37,268 bases of DNA from an uncultured Acidimicrobiaceae bacterium (GTDB taxonomy: Bacteria > Actinomycetota > Acidimicrobiia > Spongiisociales > ZC4RG35). The stretch covers positions 1 to 37,268 of the forward strand of contig CAZRID010000003.1 of NCBI GenBank assembly GCA_964600055.1, read 5' to 3'. Below, piece by piece: positions 8,501 through 15,944 of this stretch (within the stretch, counting starts at the first letter, position 1; each line of letters begins with the position of its first letter). The notes below the pieces were generated by a model. That model was given only the letters and a program-made list of their open reading frames with translations. It was not told the DNA's origin and did no database searches. Position numbers and translations under genes: made by a program.

Positions 8501-8675
8501 TGGAACCGGTAGGTGAATCTGACCAGGGCCGACTCGTTGGCTGGCTGGTAGCCAATCGGTGTAGATCGATCGCATGGGGGCAAACCCCCATAGCGCGATG
8601 CAAGTCAACATCCGATGATCGGGTATGCGGGGACTTCAGGGCATCACTCCGTCCCTCGAAGCGACAATGGGGACC

Positions 8676-8705
8676 ATCGGGGGACCGTCACGGCGGTCCC
8701 CCGAT
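8676..8705 (+). other. Perfect 12-bp GC-rich hairpin in the long untranslated region upstream of the histidine kinase
   Basis: atcgggggaccg-tcacgg-cggtcccccgat, read directly. There is no T-tract after it. A second hairpin, atggggg-caaa-cccccat, lies about 100 nt upstream. Confidence 0.4.
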
Positions 8706-8784
8706 TGATTGCGAGACCATCATCAGCCAGACCCGGACATCCCTCAGCACCAACGAGCCACGCGGGTCGCTAGCGTCCGGCTCC

Positions 8785-9900
8785 ATGTCCAGTTTCTCCA
8801 AGCGCGGCAGTGGAGAGCTCGAGTCCACTCTGCGTCGGATGGTGGTCGTATTTCGCTTCCTCGGCCTGATCTGGATGCTGATCCTGGTTGCGGTCACCTT
8901 GGTGGCCGACCCTCCGCCCCGGCTCTGGATCGTTTGGGGCGCCGTGGGGCTGGCCATCTTCTGGACGCTTCTCACCTGGTACGTGGCAACAGTCCAGCCG
9001 AAGTTCATGGCGGGGTGGTGGTGGTTCGGCCTGGACACGGTGGCGATGCTCGCCGTCGGCGGGGCCTCGATCGCCTCTGGGGCAGACGAGCTCTTCCACG
9101 GGGGCCTGCCCCTCTCATACGTCTTCACCGGCGCACTGCTCGGTGGGCTTCCGGGTTCGTTGTTGGCCGCCGTCCTGCTCGCCATGGAGCAGTTCGTGGT
9201 GCATGTGATCGCCGATCTGGGAGCCGTGCGTGCAGCGGGCAGTGTCATCTTCTTCGTGGTCGGGGCGATCGTCGGATGGACTTTCGACAAGCTGCGGGAT
9301 TATGACCTGGCGCGCCAGGCCGCCCAGGACGAGCTGGCGAGAGAGCAGGCGGCGGTTGTCCTCCACGAGGAGCGGGCCGCTCTGGCAGACCGACTCCACG
9401 ACTCCGTATTGCAAACGCTTCACGCGATCCGAATGGGAGCTGATGACCCGAGTCAGTCCAGGTACCTCGCCCGACGCCAAGAGAGGGAGTTGAGAAGAAA
9501 CATCGAGGAGTGGCGGTCGGAGTACCGGAACAGCTTTCGGGCCAGCCTTCTCGCAGTGCGCGACGAGGTCGAGGACACACACCGCGTCGAGATCGAAGCC
9601 GTGATCAGGGATGACGCTCAGATCAGCCCGAATCTGACCGCGGCCATCGAGGCGGCCCGTGAGGCAATGGCCAATGCGGCCAAGCACTCCGGCTCACACA
9701 ACATCACGCTCTACTCCGAGTTCGCCAATGGCGACGCCCGCATCCACGTGCGGGACGGTGGCTCCGGGTTTGCCGACGATTCACAGCGGAGCCGGGTCCA
9801 TGAACGTCTGGCCAAGAGGGTCGAAAGTGTCGGCGGCCTGGTGGAAATCGACACTGCTCCCGATTCGGGCACCGAGATCAAGATAACGGTTGGACGATGA
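8785..9900 (+). CDS. Sensor histidine kinase, NarL-type (HisKA_3) with a multi-TM N-terminal domain (DesK/LiaS-like layout)
   Basis: H-box ADRLHDSVLQTLHAI, N-box EAMANAAKHSG, G-box VRDGGSGF, plus 5-6 N-terminal hydrophobic helices. I moved the start from the track's 8491 to ATG 8785 (MSSFSKRGSG), because the upstream 98 codons are non-hydrophobic and span the hairpins. The stop overlaps the response regulator start (ATGA). Confidence 0.85.
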   Translation: MSSFSKRGSGELESTLRRMVVVFRFLGLIWMLILVAVTLVADPPPRLWIVWGAVGLAIFWTLLTWYVATVQPKFMAGWWWFGLDTVAMLAVGGASIASGADELFHGGLPLSYVFTGALLGGLPGSLLAAVLLAMEQFVVHVIADLGAVRAAGSVIFFVVGAIVGWTFDKLRDYDLARQAAQDELAREQAAVVLHEERAALADRLHDSVLQTLHAIRMGADDPSQSRYLARRQERELRRNIEEWRSEYRNSFRASLLAVRDEVEDTHRVEIEAVIRDDAQISPNLTAAIEAAREAMANAAKHSGSHNITLYSEFANGDARIHVRDGGSGFADDSQRSRVHERLAKRVESVGGLVEIDTAPDSGTEIKITVGR

Positions 9901-10550
9901 CCGACAGGCTCCGCATCATCCTCGTTGACGACCACGACGTGGTCCGGGCCGGGATGCGGGCGATCCTCGACAGCTCATTCGACATCGTCGGAGAAGCGGA
10001 CAATGTGGACAGCGCCATCGAGCTGATCAGGGAGCGGCTGCCCGACCTCGTGGTCCTCGACGTGAAGCTGCCTGGTGGCGGTGGGGCCACTGTGATCCCT
10101 GCGGTGCGACGGGATTTCCCCGACATCCGATTCATGGCCCTGACCGTGTCAACCTCCAAGGAAGACGTTGCCCGGCTACTCGACGCTGGTGTCGACGGAT
10201 ACATAACCAAGACCACACTGGGCGCCGACCTCCCCGATCTCATCCGCCAGACCTATGTCGGAGCCCGCCCGGTGTCACCTGACGTGGCCGCCTACCTGCT
10301 CGACATCGATGAGGAGATCTCGGCGGACACTCCGATCTCCCGCCTGACCCCCCGGGAGCGCGAGGTGGTCAATCTCATCGCGCGGGGATACACCTACCGG
10401 GAGAGCGCCGAGCGGCTCGGGATAACAGTGAAGACCCTCGAGAACCACATGGCCCACATCTTCGACAAGCTCAGTGTGGCCAGCCGTCACGAGCTCACGG
10501 CTCTCGCCTACGAAGAGGGATACGTCCGCCCCGACGACGAGAGAGGCTGA
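9897..10550 (+). CDS. Response regulator, NarL/LuxR family (REC domain plus LuxR-type HTH)
   Basis: ORF track gives 217 aa. Motifs present: ILVDDHDVVRAG, LVVLDVKLPGG, and LTPREREVVNLIARGYTYRESAERLGITVKTLENHMAHIFDKL. Confidence 0.95.
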   Translation: MTDRLRIILVDDHDVVRAGMRAILDSSFDIVGEADNVDSAIELIRERLPDLVVLDVKLPGGGGATVIPAVRRDFPDIRFMALTVSTSKEDVARLLDAGVDGYITKTTLGADLPDLIRQTYVGARPVSPDVAAYLLDIDEEISADTPISRLTPREREVVNLIARGYTYRESAERLGITVKTLENHMAHIFDKLSVASRHELTALAYEEGYVRPDDERG

Positions 10551-10554
10551 CTTT

Positions 10555-10660
10555 ATTGCGGGCCGACTTTGCCCGAGACCAACCCTCAGCTGGTTAACAG
10601 GTCTCCGGTTTCGCGCTTTCGCCGTCTCGGGCAAACAGACGCCGGTCGGCCCGAGCTTCC
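10555..10660 (-). repeat. REP/MITE-like hairpin-forming repeat, copy A (inverted relative to the copies at 19891-20118)
   Basis: The reverse complement reads cggaagctcgggccGACCGGCGTCTGTTTGCCCGAGACg...GCTGAGGGTTGGTCTCGGGCAAAGTCGGCCCGCAA. The 12-bp inverted repeat TTTGCCCGAGAC/GTCTCGGGCAAA is perfect. A degenerate half copy follows at about 10669-10715. Confidence 0.7.
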
Positions 10661-10848
10661 GCCCCGTCCGACCGGCGCCTGTTTCCGAACCACGCTCGGG
10701 AAAAGTCCGTCGCTAAGAACGTAGGGGTTTTCCCCTATTCACACCGGCCCTTGAGTTCGGTATCAATACGGTGGGTGGGCAAGAGGAGACCTTCCTCCCG
10801 GAGCCACATCCCGGAGGGGAGAAGTGCCACGGCTCTCCTGGGAGCTAG

Positions 10849-10876
10849 CAAGCCCCCGTCGCAAGACGGGGGCTTG
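10849..10876. terminator. 12-bp perfect hairpin with a GCAA tetraloop between convergent genes; a possible bidirectional terminator or the 3' end of a small RNA
   Basis: caagcccccgtc-gcaa-gacgggggcttg, followed on the plus strand by tcactttcc (a weak U-tract). Confidence 0.4.
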
Positions 10877-10955
10877 TCACTTTCCATCACCCAAATTGGG
10901 ATCCACAGGGGTCACATACGGACCTGTCGGTCCCAATTACGAAAGAGAGGGCGGG

Positions 10956-11954
10956 TCAGAACTGGACGGCAGCGGCCGCCCAGTGGAAGCCGGCGCCAAA
11001 CGCAGTGAGCACCACCAGATCACCCTCGCGGATGCGGCCATGCTCCACCCCTTCCCACAACGCGAAGGGGACGGTGGCTGAGCCGATGTTCCCGTACTCG
11101 TGGACATTCACGTAGACCCGATCCTCTTCGACGCCGAGCTTCTTGCGCACCGCTTCGATGATCCTGAGGTTCGCCTGATGCGGTATTACCAGGGCGACGT
11201 CCTCGACGGCTTTCCCGATCCGATGCAGCACGTCGGTGACAGCCTCGCTCATCCTGCCCACGGCCTCGGTGAAGACCCGACGCCCGTCCATGATGAGTCG
11301 GTTGTACTCGCCGGATTCGAGGGTCTTCTTGTTGAACGGATTGCGGGTGCCACCGGCGGCAAGGGTAAGGATCCCCGCAGCCGAGCCGTCGGTGCCCGAG
11401 ATCACCTCGAGCAGACGGGCCCGGCCAGGCTCGGGCCCGAGGACGACCGCTCCAGCGCCATCGCCAAAGAGGACCGCGGTCGCTCGGTCGGTCCAGTCGA
11501 TCATCCGGGTGATCAGCTCGACACCGATCACCAACACCTTCTTGGGCTCGAAGGCAATCCTCGACCTGGCCACATCCAGGGCTTGGACGAAGCCGGCGCA
11601 GCCGGACCCACCGAGGTCATAGGTAGGGATGTTCCGACAACCGAGCAGATCCTGTACCAGCGCTGCCGTGTCCGGGGTGTACATCTCGGGGGTGTCGGTC
11701 GCGAGGATGATCTCGTCGATGTCATCTGGAGAGAGACCGGCGTCCTTGATTGCCATGCTCGCCGCGTTGGCGGCAAGGGTGAGTGTGGTTTCGTCATCTG
11801 CCGCTACCCGTCTCCTCTTGATGCCGGTCCGCTGGGTGATCCACTCGTCGGTGGTGTCGATCAATGCCGCCCAATCGTCGTTGGTCATCACCTTCTCGGG
11901 CACATAGCCGCCGAATCCCAGGATGTATGCCATCAGGGGCGAGGTTAGAACCAC
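10956..11954 (-). CDS. 3-oxoacyl-ACP synthase III (KAS III/FabH-like) family protein
   Basis: ORF track gives 332 aa. Cys-His-Asn triad contexts are GGSGCAGF, IPHQAN and GNIGSATVP. The start is GTG 11954 or ATG 11933 (MAYILGFGGYVP). Confidence 0.88.
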   Translation of the reverse strand: MVLTSPLMAYILGFGGYVPEKVMTNDDWAALIDTTDEWITQRTGIKRRRVAADDETTLTLAANAASMAIKDAGLSPDDIDEIILATDTPEMYTPDTAALVQDLLGCRNIPTYDLGGSGCAGFVQALDVARSRIAFEPKKVLVIGVELITRMIDWTDRATAVLFGDGAGAVVLGPEPGRARLLEVISGTDGSAAGILTLAAGGTRNPFNKKTLESGEYNRLIMDGRRVFTEAVGRMSEAVTDVLHRIGKAVEDVALVIPHQANLRIIEAVRKKLGVEEDRVYVNVHEYGNIGSATVPFALWEGVEHGRIREGDLVVLTAFGAGFHWAAAAVQF

Positions 11955-11973
11955 CGTGATCCCATTGCCGCAG

Positions 11974-12321
11974 TCAGATGAGGCTCAAATCGCCTGTCTC
12001 GCAACCTGAAGGGCCGTAGAAGACAACCCACATCTCGGTCTCATCGCTGAAGTCGAAGAAACGATGCTCGACCCCGGCCGGGACGAAGAGGGCGTCACCC
12101 GGCCCGAACTGGGTCTCGACTCCATCGTTGAGGAGGTGGCCACTCCCCGAGACGACCATGTAGACCTCATCCTGCTCGTGTGGCCCTTGATGGTCGACAC
12201 CGACGGGTGAGTAGTAGCCCAGCTCCAGCGTCCCCCGCCGCAGGGCGACGGAGTAGGGCTCTTCCTGGTTGGCAGCGGCCCTGGCCGCCGCCTGACTCGA
12301 GGTGAATCTGGACTGATCCAC
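11974..12321 (-). CDS. Cupin domain protein
   Basis: ORF track gives 115 aa. Cupin_2-like motifs: HEQDEVYMVVSGSGHLL and GDALFVPAGVEHRF. Confidence 0.75.
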   Translation of the reverse strand: MDQSRFTSSQAAARAAANQEEPYSVALRRGTLELGYYSPVGVDHQGPHEQDEVYMVVSGSGHLLNDGVETQFGPGDALFVPAGVEHRFFDFSDETEMWVVFYGPSGCETGDLSLI

Positions 12322-12341
12322 GGGCTAGTGGCCCGTCGCCA

Positions 12342-13472
12342 CTAGGACACCGGGCTGCGGTGGTGGTTGACGATGTCGACCATCCGATCCAGGGGCAGTG
12401 CATAGGCGACCCTGCCCTCACGACCGGTCATGGTCTCGGCGGCACAGAGAGCGTTGAGGATGGACTCCTCGGTGGCGTCGGCCACGGCATGGAACAGGGG
12501 GTCGAGAGCCTCGTTGGGGACGGTGCGCACCTGCCGAGGAGCGGACACCTTCTCTTCGAGGTGGTTCGCCGTCGAGAAGGCGAGGAAGATGTCCCCACTC
12601 GAGTCGTGCCCGTAACCGCCCACCCGTGAGAGCCCCACGGTCGCCCTCTGCGCCAGACGCCGGCACTGGTCGGGCAACAGAGGTGCATCGGTCGCGATCA
12701 CGACGATAATCGAGCCACCGTTAGGGGCCTCATGCCACGGTGACGGCACCAGTTCGAAGCCAATCTGGCGGCCGACCGGGACGCCATCCACCCGGAGGTC
12801 GTGGCGCGCGCCGTAGTTCGCCTGGACCAAGACCCCAGCGGTGTAGCTCTCGCCTGCGGTGTCGACCACACGTGAGGAGGTGCCGATCCCACCCTTGAAC
12901 TCGTGGCAGATCATCCCGGTGCCACCACCAACAGAACCCTCGGTAACCGGCCCGGATGCGGCCGATCCCAGTGCGGCCGCCACCTCCGTCTCGGTCAGAG
13001 GGAACGACTCGGGGGTGCTGAGCCAGCCGTCCCAAGTTTCACCGACAACCGGCAGGTGAAATCCGTCGAAGACCCCCAGGCGATAAGACTCCTTCACCAA
13101 GTAGTCACGAACCAGGCCCACCTGCGCAGTGTTGGTTATCCCGATCGGGGAGCCGAGCATTCCCGACTCTTCGACCCATATCAGACCAGTCATCTCGCCG
13201 TTCCCGTTGAGGACGTGGCTGCCGGCGTACGAGTAGTCGGTCCAGATCCCGCCCTCGCGGGGGACGATCATCGTGACTCCGGTTCGGACCACCTCTGGCT
13301 CGTCACGGATCAACGTGGAATGCCCGACAAGGATACCGGGGACATCCGTGATGGCATTGACCAGGCCGGCCTCCAAAGTCCCGATGGCAATACCCAACTC
13401 ACGCAACGGAGCCCGGGGTGGCGCTGTGTCTGACATCGTCGGGACGGTAATTGGAGGCGTATCGTCCCGCAC
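12342..13472 (-). CDS. Peptidase S58 (DmpA/BapA-type aminopeptidase, Ntn hydrolase)
   Basis: ORF track gives 376 aa. Motifs present: GILVGHST, LNGNGEMTG, GGGTGMICHEFKGGIGTSS. GGSIIVVIATDAPL is a probable Gly|Ser self-cleavage site. Alternative start at ATG 13436 (MSDTAPP). Confidence 0.85.
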   Translation of the reverse strand: MRDDTPPITVPTMSDTAPPRAPLRELGIAIGTLEAGLVNAITDVPGILVGHSTLIRDEPEVVRTGVTMIVPREGGIWTDYSYAGSHVLNGNGEMTGLIWVEESGMLGSPIGITNTAQVGLVRDYLVKESYRLGVFDGFHLPVVGETWDGWLSTPESFPLTETEVAAALGSAASGPVTEGSVGGGTGMICHEFKGGIGTSSRVVDTAGESYTAGVLVQANYGARHDLRVDGVPVGRQIGFELVPSPWHEAPNGGSIIVVIATDAPLLPDQCRRLAQRATVGLSRVGGYGHDSSGDIFLAFSTANHLEEKVSAPRQVRTVPNEALDPLFHAVADATEESILNALCAAETMTGREGRVAYALPLDRMVDIVNHHRSPVS

Positions 13473-13511
13473 TCGTATGAGCGAGAACGCCTCGACACTC
13501 GAGATGCCGCG

Positions 13512-14822
13512 ATGAGCTCGGTGTTCTCACGCGGGCGGGTCGAGTTGCCGACCGCCGTGTCCGCCGACGGGGCGTGGATCACCGACGCAGCCGGCAAGAT
13601 GTATCTCGATGCTGCCGGTGGGGCAATCGTCGTCGGGATCGGTCATGGCGACAGCGAAGTGGCCGAAGCAATGTCATCTCAGGCATCGGCCCTCGATTGG
13701 GTCCATGCCTCGGCCTTCACGACCGAGCCGGTGGAGTCATACGCAACTGCCCTGGCGGAGCTGGTCCCGATGGACGACGCGCGTGTCTTTCCTGTCTCCG
13801 GCGGATCAGAAGCCATGGAGAGTGCCTTGAAGATGGCGAGGGCCTATCACCTGGCGCGTGGTGATGAGGCGAGAACGGTGGTCATCGCCCGTGGTCAGTC
13901 GTATCACGGGAACACCCGTGGGGCCCTCGACGTCTCGGGCCGCGAAGTGTTGCGCCAGCCCTACGAGCCGTGGTTAGGCCAGACGGTCAGGGTGCCCGGC
14001 GTCAACGAGTACCGATGCCCCAACCCTGCCCACCCCGAAGGCTGTGCCCTGTTCCATGCCGATCAGCTGGAGAAGGCGATCGTTGACACGGGGTCGGAAC
14101 GGGTGGCGGCATTCGTCGCCGAGCCGGTCGGTGGCGCCGCAAGCGGAGCGGCGGTCCCACCCGACGGCTATTGGCACGAGATCACGCAGGTGTGCCGGAG
14201 ACATGGTGTCCTCGTGATTGCAGATGAGGTGATGACCGGCTTCGGGCGAACCGGAGAGTGGTTCGCGTCAGACCATTTCGGTACCCGTCCCGACATCCTC
14301 ATCGCCGCCAAGGGGGCGTCGTCGGGCTACTGGCCCCTCGGGCTGGCCGTCACCACTGGTGAGGTGCACGATGTGATCATCGGTGGCGGTGGCCTGATCC
14401 ATGGGTTCACCTGGTCTCATCATCCCATCGGCGCCAGAGTCGGGCTCGCCGTGCTCGACAAGATCACACGACTTCGGTTGATCGACCGGGCGCGTACGCA
14501 GGGCGACCGTCTGGCCGAGGGTCTCCGATCGGCACTGGCCAACCATCCCCATGTAGGTGACCTGCGTGGAATCGGCCTGCTCTTGTGTATCGAGGTCGTC
14601 GAGGATCAAGAGACCAAGCGCCCGTTTCCTCGGGGCGCCCGCGTCACCGAGGGGGTCCTGGACCGGGCAATGGAACTGGGGCTGCTCCTTTACCCGTCCA
14701 CCGGCAACGTCGATGGCGTCAACGGCGACTATCTATTGCTCGGGCCACCGCTCACGATTCTCGACGACGAGGTCGACCTCATCGTTGACCGGACGGCCAT
14801 GGCCCTCGGGCCGATCGGATGA
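13512..14822 (+). CDS. Class III (omega-type) PLP-dependent aminotransferase
   Basis: ORF track gives 436 aa. Motifs present: GGSEAMESALKMAR, DEVMTGFGRTGEWFA, and the PLP-lysine context IAAKGASSGY. Confidence 0.9.
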   Translation: MSSVFSRGRVELPTAVSADGAWITDAAGKMYLDAAGGAIVVGIGHGDSEVAEAMSSQASALDWVHASAFTTEPVESYATALAELVPMDDARVFPVSGGSEAMESALKMARAYHLARGDEARTVVIARGQSYHGNTRGALDVSGREVLRQPYEPWLGQTVRVPGVNEYRCPNPAHPEGCALFHADQLEKAIVDTGSERVAAFVAEPVGGAASGAAVPPDGYWHEITQVCRRHGVLVIADEVMTGFGRTGEWFASDHFGTRPDILIAAKGASSGYWPLGLAVTTGEVHDVIIGGGGLIHGFTWSHHPIGARVGLAVLDKITRLRLIDRARTQGDRLAEGLRSALANHPHVGDLRGIGLLLCIEVVEDQETKRPFPRGARVTEGVLDRAMELGLLLYPSTGNVDGVNGDYLLLGPPLTILDDEVDLIVDRTAMALGPIG

Positions 14823-15874
14823 GTCTCGTCGCCGTCTGGTCCGACGGGTACCTGGCCCACGATGCGAATTGGCTGGTTTGGGCCGGGGTGCGTCTTCCCG
14901 GCGACGAGGAGGCTGATCGGGCGGAGATTCTCCGCGACGAGCTGAAACACGCCGGTGTTGAGATGGTGGAGGCCGAGGAGCACGACCGCTCGCTCCTGGA
15001 GGCAGTCCACGTCCCGGCGATGCTGGACTACCTGGAGACGGCCTACGAGCAATGGGTCGAGGCCGGCTACCCCGTCGAGCCCGGCTCCGATCGGGTGGTG
15101 GCCTACGCCTTCCCTCACCCGACGGCGTTCGCCCACTACCCACCGAGAGAGCCAAAGAGTCGCGCGGCCATGGCAGGGGTCTACTGCATGGACACCGCGA
15201 CGACCATCGGCCCCGGCACCTACCGGGGGGCCAGGGCTGCGGTCGACGGGGCACTGACCGCTGCCGCACTGGTCCGCAACGGCGCCCCGTCCGTTTACGC
15301 CCCGGTGCGACCACCGGGCCATCACGCCGGGACTTCATACTTCGGCGGATCGTGCTATCTGAACAACGTCGCCATCGCCGCCAACTGGCTGACCGGTGAG
15401 GGAGCCGGGCCGGTGGCAATCGTCGACATCGATGCCCACCATGGCAATGGCACCCAGCAGGTGTTCTACGACCGCGGAGACGTGCTCTACACGTCCATCC
15501 ACGTTGACCCCGGAGAGGGGTGGTTCCCTCATTGGTGCGGGTTTGCCGACGAGACGGGCGTAGGGGGCGGGGTTGGTGCCAATGCGAACTTCCCACTCGA
15601 GCCCGGGTGCGGAGATGATGTCTTTATCGCCGCCCTGGATCGGGTCTGCGACCAGGTAGGCGACTTCGGCGCCGGCACGCTGGTCGTGTCGCTAGGCGTG
15701 GACGCGGGTGCCTCTGACCCCGAAAGCCCGCTCCGTGTCACCAACGCCGGGTTCAGATCAGTGGGAGAACGGCTCCGCTCTCTCGACCTCCCTACGGTCC
15801 TGGTCCAGGAAGGTGGCTATGACCTCGGCGCTCTCGGACCAGACGTCTTGGCCGTGCTGGCCCCCTTTCTCTGA
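14819..15874 (+). CDS. Histone deacetylase-family amidohydrolase (acetylpolyamine/acetoin-utilisation type deacetylase)
   Basis: ORF track gives 351 aa. Motifs present: RPPGHHAG, VDIDAHHGNGTQQVFY, QEGGY. There is an ATGA overlap with the aminotransferase stop. Confidence 0.88.
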   Translation: MSLVAVWSDGYLAHDANWLVWAGVRLPGDEEADRAEILRDELKHAGVEMVEAEEHDRSLLEAVHVPAMLDYLETAYEQWVEAGYPVEPGSDRVVAYAFPHPTAFAHYPPREPKSRAAMAGVYCMDTATTIGPGTYRGARAAVDGALTAAALVRNGAPSVYAPVRPPGHHAGTSYFGGSCYLNNVAIAANWLTGEGAGPVAIVDIDAHHGNGTQQVFYDRGDVLYTSIHVDPGEGWFPHWCGFADETGVGGGVGANANFPLEPGCGDDVFIAALDRVCDQVGDFGAGTLVVSLGVDAGASDPESPLRVTNAGFRSVGERLRSLDLPTVLVQEGGYDLGALGPDVLAVLAPFL

Positions 15875-15944
15875 GCCGGATTCCCGACGTTGACCGCGCC
15901 ACCCGGGGCTATCTTGATCGGACTGTCCCTGGAGGTTCCCACTG

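Noticed and set aside
8491-8784. N-terminal extension of the histidine kinase to the track start at 8491
   Set aside because: The extension would begin inside the terminator-like hairpin and run through two strong hairpins. It encodes a non-hydrophobic, Arg/Ser/Gly-rich peptide. ATG 8785 directly precedes the TM region. This is not excluded, though (see the finding on the leader).
10760-10880. Identification of the intergenic structured region as SRP RNA, 6C RNA, tmRNA or a tRNA
   Set aside because: I could not find the conserved SRP domain IV sequence, the C-rich 6C loops, a tRNA cloverleaf or the T-loop GTTCGA(A/T)TC. It is kept only as an unclassified candidate.
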